In this document: piece by piece, positions 10,058 to 18,719 of the stretch | Layout of the letters: each line of letters starts with the position of its first letter | How positions within the stretch are numbered: position 1 is the first letter of the stretch | Translations under genes and position numbers: made by a program | Notes under the pieces: model-generated | The model's input: the letters and a program-made list of their open reading frames with translations, nothing else | The model's database searches: none | Told to the model about the DNA's origin: nothing | DNA from: an uncultured Candidatus Saccharibacteria bacterium | GTDB taxonomy: Bacteria; Patescibacteriota; Minisyncoccia; Phycocordibacterales; UBA1006 | Assembly (NCBI GenBank): GCA_964601935.1 | Contig: CAZROP010000003.1 | Span: 3,366-67,365, forward strand | Length of the DNA: 64,000 bases | Direction: 5' to 3'

Positions 10058-10110
10058 TTCTGTAACAAAAATAGCGGTATCTTTATATTTTATATAAAGA
10101 TACCGCTATT
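10058..10110 (-). terminator. Rho-independent terminator (minus strand) downstream of the 10160-10579 gene
   Basis: A perfect 19-nt inverted repeat AATAGCGGTATCTTTATAT/ATATAAAGATACCGCTATT is followed on the minus strand by TTTTTGTT. Confidence 0.5.
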
Positions 10111-10159
10111 GAAGACCAATACGAATATTTACTTAACCCTTACTTCTCTAATACCATGA

Positions 10160-10579
10160 CTACACCGAGCGCTGCCACGCTCGGTAGTCCCGCACGATTG
10201 CCCAGATAAAGGCGACGATAACACATATTACGGTAACTGGCGCTATAAGAGTCAAATAATAATGCCCATACACACCAATAAACCTATAAAATGGGTTGTC
10301 CACGAGTTCCGTGTAGTCGTTCGTTGGAAAGCACCATCGGGATTTTCCAATCAGTGCCCCAACCAGACTAAATGTTCCTAAAATACTCATACACCAGGGC
10401 GTGGAGCGCTGTCCCTTATGGGTGTGTCGCCACCACGCGACCCCTGTGACTGTAATCGAAGTGATTAAGCCGATAGTAATCCACCCAGGGTTGTCCCAGA
10501 GGTAATAACATGCAAATCCAGCCATGAGGCCAAGGCCGCCTAATGTGGTCACCAAGATGAACAGTATTTTCACTTTCAT
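10160..10579 (-). CDS. Hypothetical integral membrane protein (4 predicted TM helices)
   Basis: ORF of 139 aa with multiple hydrophobic helices and no recognisable motif. Confidence 0.45.
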   Translation of the reverse strand: MKVKILFILVTTLGGLGLMAGFACYYLWDNPGWITIGLITSITVTGVAWWRHTHKGQRSTPWCMSILGTFSLVGALIGKSRWCFPTNDYTELVDNPFYRFIGVYGHYYLTLIAPVTVICVIVAFIWAIVRDYRAWQRSV

Positions 10580-10695
10580 TGTCCTAATTTGTTTGATTTA
10601 ATATATAAAAGCATATAGAGATAGTATTGTCAATTCTCTGGGAAGATCGATGTAATTTGTCCCCAGAACAGGACTGTAAACATAGTTTCATAGGT

Positions 10696-10723
10696 TTGAC
10701 AAGTGTGGATATTCTGGTAGGAT
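10696..10723 (+). promoter_or_regulatory. Candidate sigma70-type promoter for infA
   Basis: TTGACA, then a 16-nt spacer, then TAGGAT, about 20 nt before the infA ATG. Confidence 0.3.
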
Positions 10724-10741
10724 GGGTGTTGACTTTAGTTC

Positions 10742-11008
10742 ATGAGTAACAACGTAGACGCACAGAAAGAGGGCACTATAAAGGGGGTTGTCGTGGAGGC
10801 TCTGCCGAACACGACTTTTCGCGTTGAATGTACCAATGATGCTGGTGGAACACAGGAAGTCATTGCCTATTTGGCTGGCAAAATGCGTTTGCACCGTATC
10901 AAGGTCGTCTGTGGCGATTCTGTTGATGTGCTTCTCGATGGCTACTCTACGAATAAGGGTCGGATTACGAGAAGACACGATATACCTAAACACACTCCGC
11001 AGTCATAA
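10742..11008 (+). CDS. infA: Translation initiation factor IF-1
   Basis: The sequence KEGTIKGVVVEALPNTTFRVECTNDAG...GKMRLHRIKVVCGDSVDV is close to the canonical IF-1 S1-like OB fold sequence. Confidence 0.9.
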   Translation: MSNNVDAQKEGTIKGVVVEALPNTTFRVECTNDAGGTQEVIAYLAGKMRLHRIKVVCGDSVDVLLDGYSTNKGRITRRHDIPKHTPQS

Positions 11009-11078
11009 GACATTCGCGGATGATGTGATTTTTTGTATCGTGGTAACCTTTGCCTAATGGCAGTTAATATTCATTTCT

Positions 11079-11201
11079 ATGAAAGTAGTAGCATCCATTG
11101 CAAAGAGGAATCTCAAAACGGGGGACAAAATAGTCCGTCGTAATGGTCGATTGTATCGCATTAATAAAACTAATCCCCGCCGGAAGGCTCGACAAGGTTA
11201 G
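11079..11201 (+). CDS. rpmJ: 50S ribosomal protein L36, a cysteine-less (non-zinc) form. It is absent from the ORF track because it is shorter than 60 aa
   Basis: The 40-aa translation is MKVVASIAKRNLKTGDKIVRRNGRLYRINKTNPRRKARQG. This matches the L36 pattern MKV..S.K......K...R.G......NP.HKQRQG and sits at the conserved position between infA and rpsM. Confidence 0.75.
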   Translation: MKVVASIAKRNLKTGDKIVRRNGRLYRINKTNPRRKARQG

Positions 11202-11378
11202 TCAGGATTCCTTATTTGACGATCTCCTTGTCAAAATCTCCGTTTTTTACTCACCGCATAGGTAATACGGCTCGTAAAAATACTCGATTTTGACTTCGGA
11301 TCTCATTCAAATATGAAATCCCTCACTTAGAGAACAGGGTTTCATTACTTTGCTCTCACCTTGATAATCATAATATAT

Positions 11379-11759
11379 ATGCGTATTTCAAGCATAAATA
11401 TCCCTGATAACAAACATCTTTCGGTTGCGCTTACTGCAGTGTATGGTGTCGGTCGAGCTCGTGCTGCAAAGGTTTTGACTCAATTGAACATTGATCCGAC
11501 CCGAACAGCCGCAACCCTTTCGACCGAGGAAGAAGCGAACATTCGAAATCTCCTCGAAGCATACACATTAGAAGGCAACCTTCGTCGCGAAAAAGCTCAG
11601 CATATAAAGCGACTGAAGGATATTGACAGTTATCGTGGAGGACGTCACTCACGAAGCCTCCCTGTCCGTGGTCAGAGGACAAAGACCAATTCCCGTACCG
11701 TCCGTGGTAACAAGCGTACTACGATGGGTTCTGGAAAGCTAAAGGTTTCAAAGACATAG
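11379..11759 (+). CDS. rpsM: 30S ribosomal protein S13
   Basis: MRISSINIPDNKHLSVALTAVYGVGRARA... matches the S13 N-terminus (ARIAGINIP..KH..IALT.IYGVG). Confidence 0.9.
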   Translation: MRISSINIPDNKHLSVALTAVYGVGRARAAKVLTQLNIDPTRTAATLSTEEEANIRNLLEAYTLEGNLRREKAQHIKRLKDIDSYRGGRHSRSLPVRGQRTKTNSRTVRGNKRTTMGSGKLKVSKT

Positions 11760-11760
11760 T

Positions 11761-12195
11761 ATGGGAAAGAAAAAAGTCATTCGCCAACAGGGTCAGCGTG
11801 CTGACAAGAGCCTCGTTGCTCGTCAGTTGGCCCGAGTTAGCAAGAAAAAGCTCGCTAGTGGTGTGTTGAATATCTTTTCAACATACAATAACACTATCGT
11901 TACATTAACAGATTTGAATGGTAATACCGTTATTTCGTCATCCGCAGGTGCGCTAGGATTCAATGGAGCTAAAAAGTCCACACCCTACGCAGCTAACAAG
12001 GTAGGTGAAGTAATTGGTGAAAAGGCAGCTCAGGTGGGTGTCAAAGAGGTGTCAGTTGTTGTCCGTGGTGTTGGTTCAGGGCGCGAATCTGCGATTCGTG
12101 GCGTTCTGTCACATGGGGTTACAATAACAAAAATTGTAGACCAAACACCTGTTCCATTCAATGGACCTCGTCCGAAAAAAGCACGTCGAATCTAA
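11761..12195 (+). CDS. rpsK: 30S ribosomal protein S11
   Basis: The S11 signature ...NIFSTYNNTIVTLTD...GSGRESAIRGV...PFNGPRPKKARRI is present. Confidence 0.9.
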   Translation: MGKKKVIRQQGQRADKSLVARQLARVSKKKLASGVLNIFSTYNNTIVTLTDLNGNTVISSSAGALGFNGAKKSTPYAANKVGEVIGEKAAQVGVKEVSVVVRGVGSGRESAIRGVLSHGVTITKIVDQTPVPFNGPRPKKARRI

Positions 12196-12214
12196 TCCGT
12201 CATCGTATTTACAT

Positions 12215-12808
12215 ATGCACTCATTCAAAAAGTTCAAAGTGGCACGACGACTAGGCGTTGCACTCTTTGACAAATGTCAAACAGGAAAATTTGTTATCCA
12301 GCGTGCGCGAGTAGTGGGAAAGAAGGGCCCCAAAAAGGCCAGCGATTACTCACTCCAGTTAACTGAAAAACAAAAGGTTCGTTATTACTACAATGTTGCA
12401 GAAAAGCAGTTCAAAAACTACGTTCTCAAAGCTGCAAAAACAGCAGCTCCGGCACGGTCATTGTTTGAACTACTCGAGAATCGTCTGGACAATGTGGTAT
12501 ATCGACTGGGGTTTGCGGCATCTCGTCAGGCATCTCGTCAGATAGTGTCGCATGGTCATATGTCGGTCAATGGCCGCCGTGTTGACATCCCGTCATTCCA
12601 GGTTGGTCCTAATGATGTTATCACATTCCGTGATGGGTCCCGCGACAGTCGTATGTTCGAGCTCTCCAAAGAGCGCGCAGCAAAACATTCTGTTCCAGGC
12701 TGGCTATCACTGGATGCCCCTCATATGTCCGCAAAGGTTTCCGGTACTCCGTCTGACCCTGATCCAATTCTGAACTTTTCTTCCGTTATCGAGTTCTACA
12801 GTCGATAG
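12215..12808 (+). CDS. rpsD: 30S ribosomal protein S4
   Basis: The sequence SDYSLQLTEKQKVRYYYNVAEKQFKNY...LENRLDNVVYRLGFAASRQASRQIVSHGH..VNGRRVDIPSFQV matches S4. The start is placed at the MHSFKKFK methionine. Confidence 0.85.
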   Translation: MHSFKKFKVARRLGVALFDKCQTGKFVIQRARVVGKKGPKKASDYSLQLTEKQKVRYYYNVAEKQFKNYVLKAAKTAAPARSLFELLENRLDNVVYRLGFAASRQASRQIVSHGHMSVNGRRVDIPSFQVGPNDVITFRDGSRDSRMFELSKERAAKHSVPGWLSLDAPHMSAKVSGTPSDPDPILNFSSVIEFYSR

Positions 12809-12925
12809 TAACACCTAGTTGATATTCATCATTACGAACAATGAGGATTGGATACCATCGAATCCTCAGAAAGTCGTATCAAAGTGGAATACACTTTATC
12901 AGTACACATAACAATCATCTCATCT

Positions 12926-13903
12926 ATGTTTACACTCTCACGTACTATCGGATTGCCTGCGGAATTATCGATTCTTTCATCGGAAGGCAATACTGCTACA
13001 TTTGAAATCAAAGGTTTATATCCTGGATATGGTCATACTATGGGCAATGCACTGCGCCGTATTATTTTATCGTCATTATCTGGTGTGGCTGCGGTGTCAG
13101 TCAAAATTACAGGTATTGACCACGAGTTTTCTGCTATCGAAGGAATCCGTGAGGACGCACTGCGTATAGCACTCAACTTGCAGCAGGTACGCGCACGCAT
13201 CGTGAGCGGATCAGAATACAAAACTTCTATAAAGGTCACTGGTCCTGCAGTAATTACTGCAGCAGATATACAGACTGATGCTAACATAGAAATTGCGAAC
13301 CCAGATCAATATATCTGTGAGATTACGAAAAAAGGTTTTACATTTGAAGCAGAAGTAGTATTTGCCACCGGAATAGGGTTTGTTCCCAAGAATCAGTTCC
13401 ACAAGGAGCGCGTATCAGCAGGAACTATTCTGATCGATGCAGTGTTCACTCCGATACGACGTGTGTCATATGATGTAGAAAACATGCGTGTTGGTGATCG
13501 TACTGATTACAACAAAGTAGTGTTGAATATTGAAACTGATGGAACACTGACTCCAAAAGAGGCTCTCGATAATGCATTACGTATTTTGTTGGTACAGACT
13601 CAGTCATTATTGTCGTTATCTGACATGGATGTACAGAAACTGTATTCATCAACTCACGTATCGCCTGCAGAGGCTTTGCCAGAATCAGAGGTTGATACTA
13701 CTGATACACTGAAAACTCGTATTGAAACTCTCAACTTTACTTCCCGTACATTGAACGCATTATCTGACGCCAACATTCGTACCGTGGGTGGTTTGGTACG
13801 CAAGACAGAGTCAGATATTCTAGCACTCGATGGTATCGGTCCAAAGGGAGTCGAAGAAATAAAATCAGTGTTAGTTGACATGGGTCTGGGATTGAAAGAT
13901 TAA
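12926..13903 (+). CDS. rpoA: DNA-directed RNA polymerase alpha subunit
   Basis: GYGHTMGNALRRIILSSLSG plus the N-terminal dimerisation and C-terminal domain pattern. The start is at MFTLSRTIG. Confidence 0.9.
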   Translation: MFTLSRTIGLPAELSILSSEGNTATFEIKGLYPGYGHTMGNALRRIILSSLSGVAAVSVKITGIDHEFSAIEGIREDALRIALNLQQVRARIVSGSEYKTSIKVTGPAVITAADIQTDANIEIANPDQYICEITKKGFTFEAEVVFATGIGFVPKNQFHKERVSAGTILIDAVFTPIRRVSYDVENMRVGDRTDYNKVVLNIETDGTLTPKEALDNALRILLVQTQSLLSLSDMDVQKLYSSTHVSPAEALPESEVDTTDTLKTRIETLNFTSRTLNALSDANIRTVGGLVRKTESDILALDGIGPKGVEEIKSVLVDMGLGLKD

Positions 13904-13918
13904 TTAATATATAAGTTT

Positions 13919-14275
13919 ATGCGTCATCACAATAAAAACAGAACACTCGGACGTGATACGGATCAGCGGTTGGCATTACTGCGATCGCTCTCCGTTGCAC
14001 TGATTGAACGAGGCGCAATTATAACCACAACAGCAAAGGCAAAAGAACTCCGTCCTTTTATCGAGCGTTTGGTTACTCTTGCAAAAACTGATACTGTGGC
14101 TGCACGTCGACTCGTTTCTTCTCGTATGGGGGGAAATGACGCAGCTGTTGCAACATTGTTTGCGCGTATTGCACCCATGTTTGTTGATCGGGCAGGGGGA
14201 TATACGCGGATTACAAAGATTGGTCACCGCGAAGGAGATGCTGCACACATGTCACAGATTGAATTCGTAAAATAG
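13919..14275 (+). CDS. rplQ: 50S ribosomal protein L17
   Basis: MRHHNKNRTLGRDTDQRLALLRSLSVALIERG... matches the L17 consensus (MRH.....LGR...HR.A...N). Confidence 0.9.
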   Translation: MRHHNKNRTLGRDTDQRLALLRSLSVALIERGAIITTTAKAKELRPFIERLVTLAKTDTVAARRLVSSRMGGNDAAVATLFARIAPMFVDRAGGYTRITKIGHREGDAAHMSQIEFVK

Positions 14276-14276
14276 T

Positions 14277-14621
14277 ATGAAAAAAATAGTTACATTTGAT
14301 GCTACTGGTAAGAAATTGGGACGTTTGGCGACTGAAATTGCTATGGCTCTTCAGGGTAAAAACGATCCGTCTTACGAGCGGCACATTTTGGAAAATATCG
14401 AGGTAATAGTACAGAACGCTAGCAAGTTGGATCTTGCAGATCGCATGGATCGTGAGTACAAGTCGTATTCAGGTTACCCAGGTGGTTTGCGTCTGGAAAA
14501 AGCAGGTCGTCTACAGGAGCGTAAAGGAACTGCTGCACTGATAAAGCATGCAGTTTCAGGAATGCTCCCAAAGAACACTCATCGTAGTCGATTATTATTG
14601 GCAATTACAGTTGAAGAATAG
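14277..14621 (+). CDS. rplM: 50S ribosomal protein L13 (short form)
   Basis: The sequence DATGKKLGRLATEIAMALQGK...AVSGMLPKN matches the L13 pattern. Confidence 0.85.
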   Translation: MKKIVTFDATGKKLGRLATEIAMALQGKNDPSYERHILENIEVIVQNASKLDLADRMDREYKSYSGYPGGLRLEKAGRLQERKGTAALIKHAVSGMLPKNTHRSRLLLAITVEE

Positions 14622-14622
14622 T

Positions 14623-15102
14623 ATGGATGAAATAATCGAACCAACTTCTACGGTAGTAGCAGAAAATCCTCATACGTTTTCTTTTGTTGACGCAAAAGAA
14701 AACATGGCAGGCAAAACATTCCGTGAGGTAATCGGCCGTCGCAAAACAGCGACAGCACGTGTCCGCGTTATGTTGGATAAGAAACTATCAGTACTCGTTA
14801 ACGGTAAAGACGTTGCAGAGTATTTCCCAGTGCCTCTCTACAAAACGGCAGCACTGTCCCCGTTGGTATCACTAGATATCAAAGAGGGAATTACGTTGTC
14901 AGTTGTTGTCAATGGCGGTGGTCAGAGTTCCCAGGCAGAAGCGGTGCGTCACGGCATTGCTCGCGCATTGGTGTTCTTGGATCCTGCGATGCGAACAGTT
15001 CTGAAGCGTGCTGGTTATCTCAAGCGCGACCCTCGCAAGAAGGAGCGAAAGAAGCCGGGACTCAAAAAGGCTCGAAAGGCAGCACAGTGGAGCAAGCGCT
15101 AG
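14623..15102 (+). CDS. rpsI: 30S ribosomal protein S9
   Basis: GRRKTATARVRV...GGGQSSQAEAVRHGIARAL...LKRDPRKKERKKPGLKKARKAAQWSKR carries S9 signatures. The ATG is 2 nt after the rplM stop. Confidence 0.85.
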   Translation: MDEIIEPTSTVVAENPHTFSFVDAKENMAGKTFREVIGRRKTATARVRVMLDKKLSVLVNGKDVAEYFPVPLYKTAALSPLVSLDIKEGITLSVVVNGGGQSSQAEAVRHGIARALVFLDPAMRTVLKRAGYLKRDPRKKERKKPGLKKARKAAQWSKR

Positions 15103-15419
15103 TTTGCGGAACTGTGGTGAAGGGGTCGGGAAACGGAAGCTTCCCGCACAGGAGAGCAGCGAACAGCGTTGAGAACCATCGGTTCTCAAAAGAGTGCGCA
15201 GCACTCTGCAGTGGAGCAAGCGCTAGTTACAGCCTCATCCTTGTGCCACAAGAATCCTGCAGCTCACAGAAATGTATATGCTGCAAGATTCGGGTGGCAC
15301 TGGGATAGTGCACAAAATTCGGGTATATAATTTCTTGTGTGGTCTATCATGATTGTGTTACGACGACTGCAGACAGGAACCTTTATTGGATTATTAATCA
15401 ATCGTAAGGTTTACAACAT

Positions 15420-18400
15420 ATGTCACACAAACACACAGTTCTTCCTCAGAAAAGGTTCGGGAAGTTCCAGGAGTCACGCATTGCAGTGCCTGATTTGTTG
15501 GAGCATCAAACCGCATCGTATATCGATTTCATTCAGAATCGTTTACCGGTAATCATTCAAGAGTTTTCTCCTATTGAAGATTATTCAAAAAAGAAGTTCA
15601 CACTATCTTTCGTTAATTTCGAAGTTATTCCGCCTAGTGTAGATGAATACTATGCACGTGAAATGAAAAAGAGTTACGAGGCAGAACTTCGTTTGCGAGT
15701 AAAGCTTCTCAATAAAGCGACAGGAGAAACAATAGAGCAGGACATTAGTCTTAGTGAGATTCCTTGGATGACACCACATGGTACCTTTATCTTTAGTGGG
15801 GTGGAACGAGTTATTGTCCCTCAGTTATCACGTAGTTACGGTATTTTTATCCATAATTCAGAAACTCGAAAGGGATTATTTTTTGGTGCAAAGGTTATTC
15901 CTGCGCGAGGAATGTGGATACAGATGGACATCGAACATGACGGTGTGTTGTGGGCGCGTGTAGACGGAGGAAAGAAATTCCCAATATCATATTTCCTCAA
16001 GGTGTTAGGCATGGACTCAAATGATGCTATATTAAAGGCGTCAGATGATTCAATGTATCAGGCATTGATGAAGACAACTTTGGCACAAGATACTACGAAA
16101 AACACTGCAGACGTATATAGTGAGCTGTATACCAAACTCCGTGATGGAGAATATGCTGCTGCTGATAATGCAAAATCATATATCGATGACGCATTGTCTG
16201 CGGGGCGGTATAATTTTTCTCGTGTAGGGCGATTCCAGGTGAACAAGCGTTTTGGCCACCCGACAGATGAAAAGAGTGTCGCAAACATGCAGCTAACAGC
16301 ACAGGATTTGGTGGACACCATTGTGGAATTATCACATCGTCAATCAGATCCAGATGCCGTGCCCGATGATATCGATCACTTGGCTATGCGTCGTGTGCGA
16401 TTCGTAGGCGAAATGTTGGAACAGCAAATCCGTCGTGGTATGTTGCAGGTACGTCGTAATACACAGGACAAAATGTCTACCGTTGATTCTGATCGTGTAC
16501 TACCTATTCAGATTTTGAACCAGAGACCTCTACAGGCGCGCATTCGTGAATTCTTTGCGACCAATCAGTTGTCCCAGTTCATGGAGCAGGAAAATATCTT
16601 GAATGAAATAGAGCACACCCGTACAATTTCTGCACTCGGTCCCGGAGGTCTCACTCGTGAGCGTGCAGGGTTCGAGGTTCGCGACATTCACCCGTCACAG
16701 TATGGGCGTGTTTGTCCTATACAGACACCAGAAGGTCCTAATATTGGTTTGATTTTACGCTTGTCTATTTACGCTCGTATTAATCACCTGGGTATTATAG
16801 AAACGCCTTATATGAAGGTGGAAAAAGGAAAGCTCACAGGCGAGGTGGTATACCTGAATGCATTCGAAGAAGAGCAATACAATATAGCGCACTTTGGGGT
16901 ATCAGTAGACAAGGATGACAAAATTATCCCAGTGAACGTAGAAGTTCGCCATCAGGGAGAACCTCGTATCGTACCGAAGGCCCAGGTTCAGTTGATTGAT
17001 ATTTCAGCTAATCAGATGTTGTCAGTTGCAGCTGCTCTTATCCCATTCCTCGACATGGATGATGCGAAACGAACACTCATGGGTGCGAACATGCAAAAGC
17101 AGGCTTCGCCATTGGTGAATCCTGATGTACCACTCGTTGCGACAGGTATGGAGTCCGATGCAGCTCTGCATACAGGGCGATTGATTGTTGCTCGTGAGGC
17201 TGGAAAGGTATCATATGTCGATGCAAAGAAAATCATAGTAGAGCACAAAAAAGGCGAGACAACATATAATTTTATTACCTATGCTCGAACAAACGACAGT
17301 TCAATATTCCATCACACACCAACCGTACAAAAAGGCGATTCTGTAGCAGTCGGCGATGTGCTAGCAGATGGATCGTCATCTCGTGGAGGGCAGTTGGCGT
17401 TGGGGCAGAACGTGCGCATGGCATTCATGCTGTGGCGTGGTCACAACTATGAGGATGCGATTATTATCTCGGAGCGTCTATTGCGTAATAACAAATTTGC
17501 AAGTATCCGTATCGAAGAATACGAATGTATTGTGCGTGATACAAAACTTGGTCCTGAGCAGCTCACATCTGACATTCCTAATGTATCTGAAGCAAAGCTT
17601 CGCTACCTGGATGAAGACGGTATTATCCGTGTTGGATCAGAGGTATTCGAGAATGATATTCTCGTGGGTAAAATTACTCCAAAAGGAGAAACAGAATTGT
17701 CACCCGAAGAGCGTTTGCTACGATCACTGTTCGGTGACAAAGCACGAGAAATCAAGGATACTTCATTGCGCCTAGACTATGGAAAGCGTGGACGTGTTAT
17801 TGGTGTAAAGGTATTCTCTCGTGAGAAGGGAGATGACTTGGAAAACGGAATACTAAAGAAGGTTTATGTTGAGGTTGCGACCATGCGCCATGTCCAGGCT
17901 GGAGACAAATTGGCTGGACGTCACGGAAACAAGGGTGTGGTATCGATTGTATTACCAGAGGCAGACATGCCCTATACAGCAGATGGAGAGCCTGTCGACA
18001 TCGTGCTCACACCTATGGGTGTGCCAGGACGTATGAACTTGGGTCAGGTTATGGAAATGCACTTGGGGTTGGCGGCGAATACGCTCGGGTATCAGGCGGT
18101 AATACCAGCATTCTGTGGAGCAACCGAAGAAGAGGTCAAGTCAGAGTTAGTGCGTGCTGGATTCGATGAATCAGGTACTGTCGAGGTGTACGATGGCCGT
18201 ACGGGAGAGAAATTCGATCAAAAAGTTGCTGTCGGATACATGCATATCTTGAAACTTCATCACATGGTTGATGATAAAATGCACGCGCGTTCAATAGGTC
18301 CCTACAGTTTGATTACTCAGCAGCCATTGGGAGGAAAGTCTCAGTCAGGAGGTCAGCGATTCGGAGAAATGGAGGTGTGGGGATTGGAGGGGTATGGTGC

Positions 18401-18701
18401 AGCATATACGTTGCGCGAAATGTTGACTATAAAATCGGATGACATTCAGGGGCGTACCGATGCGTTCGAGGCCATCATTCGCGGAGGTGAAATTACCCAA
18501 TCCTATGTACCAGCTTCATTCAAGGTTCTGTTATCCTATCTACGAGGATTGTCATTCAATGTAGATCTAGGACGCGAAGACGTGATGGTGGATGGGCGTG
18601 GTGGTCAGTCGATAGTAATAGAAGACGAAATACTGGTTGAAGATATTCCAGACCCTGCCGTAGCTCCAGAATTACCAGCTGATACGTCGTTGATTGTTTA
18701 A
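15420..18701 (+). CDS. rpoB: DNA-directed RNA polymerase beta subunit
   Basis: RFGKF...PDLLEHQTASY..., the Rif region GPGGLTRERAGFEVRDIHPSQYGRVCPIQTPEGPNIGL, and GRHGNKGVVS with the C-terminal motifs. Confidence 0.95.
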   Translation: MSHKHTVLPQKRFGKFQESRIAVPDLLEHQTASYIDFIQNRLPVIIQEFSPIEDYSKKKFTLSFVNFEVIPPSVDEYYAREMKKSYEAELRLRVKLLNKATGETIEQDISLSEIPWMTPHGTFIFSGVERVIVPQLSRSYGIFIHNSETRKGLFFGAKVIPARGMWIQMDIEHDGVLWARVDGGKKFPISYFLKVLGMDSNDAILKASDDSMYQALMKTTLAQDTTKNTADVYSELYTKLRDGEYAAADNAKSYIDDALSAGRYNFSRVGRFQVNKRFGHPTDEKSVANMQLTAQDLVDTIVELSHRQSDPDAVPDDIDHLAMRRVRFVGEMLEQQIRRGMLQVRRNTQDKMSTVDSDRVLPIQILNQRPLQARIREFFATNQLSQFMEQENILNEIEHTRTISALGPGGLTRERAGFEVRDIHPSQYGRVCPIQTPEGPNIGLILRLSIYARINHLGIIETPYMKVEKGKLTGEVVYLNAFEEEQYNIAHFGVSVDKDDKIIPVNVEVRHQGEPRIVPKAQVQLIDISANQMLSVAAALIPFLDMDDAKRTLMGANMQKQASPLVNPDVPLVATGMESDAALHTGRLIVAREAGKVSYVDAKKIIVEHKKGETTYNFITYARTNDSSIFHHTPTVQKGDSVAVGDVLADGSSSRGGQLALGQNVRMAFMLWRGHNYEDAIIISERLLRNNKFASIRIEEYECIVRDTKLGPEQLTSDIPNVSEAKLRYLDEDGIIRVGSEVFENDILVGKITPKGETELSPEERLLRSLFGDKAREIKDTSLRLDYGKRGRVIGVKVFSREKGDDLENGILKKVYVEVATMRHVQAGDKLAGRHGNKGVVSIVLPEADMPYTADGEPVDIVLTPMGVPGRMNLGQVMEMHLGLAANTLGYQAVIPAFCGATEEEVKSELVRAGFDESGTVEVYDGRTGEKFDQKVAVGYMHILKLHHMVDDKMHARSIGPYSLITQQPLGGKSQSGGQRFGEMEVWGLEGYGAAYTLREMLTIKSDDIQGRTDAFEAIIRGGEITQSYVPASFKVLLSYLRGLSFNVDLGREDVMVDGRGGQSIVIEDEILVEDIPDPAVAPELPADTSLIV

Positions 18702-18719
18702 TTGCTAACAAAGTACTCT

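Noticed and set aside
10788-11057. 89-aa ORF overlapping infA in another frame
   Set aside because: infA is unambiguous in the other frame. The real neighbouring gene is the 40-aa L36 gene at 11079-11201.
11202-11378. Imperfect inverted repeats in the rpmJ-rpsM spacer (ATTTGAC...GTCAAAAT; GAAATCCCT...AGGGTTTC)
   Set aside because: They are short with mismatches and have no U-tract. They could be leader structure, but the evidence is too weak to call.
16058-16335. Antisense ORFs inside rpoB (also 17012-17248, 17368-17775) and inside rpoC (18745-19062, 20645-20912, 21033-21802, 22027-22438)
   Set aside because: They overlap strongly supported rpoB and rpoC coding sequence on the opposite strand or in another frame. 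They have no motifs and are typical shadow ORFs.
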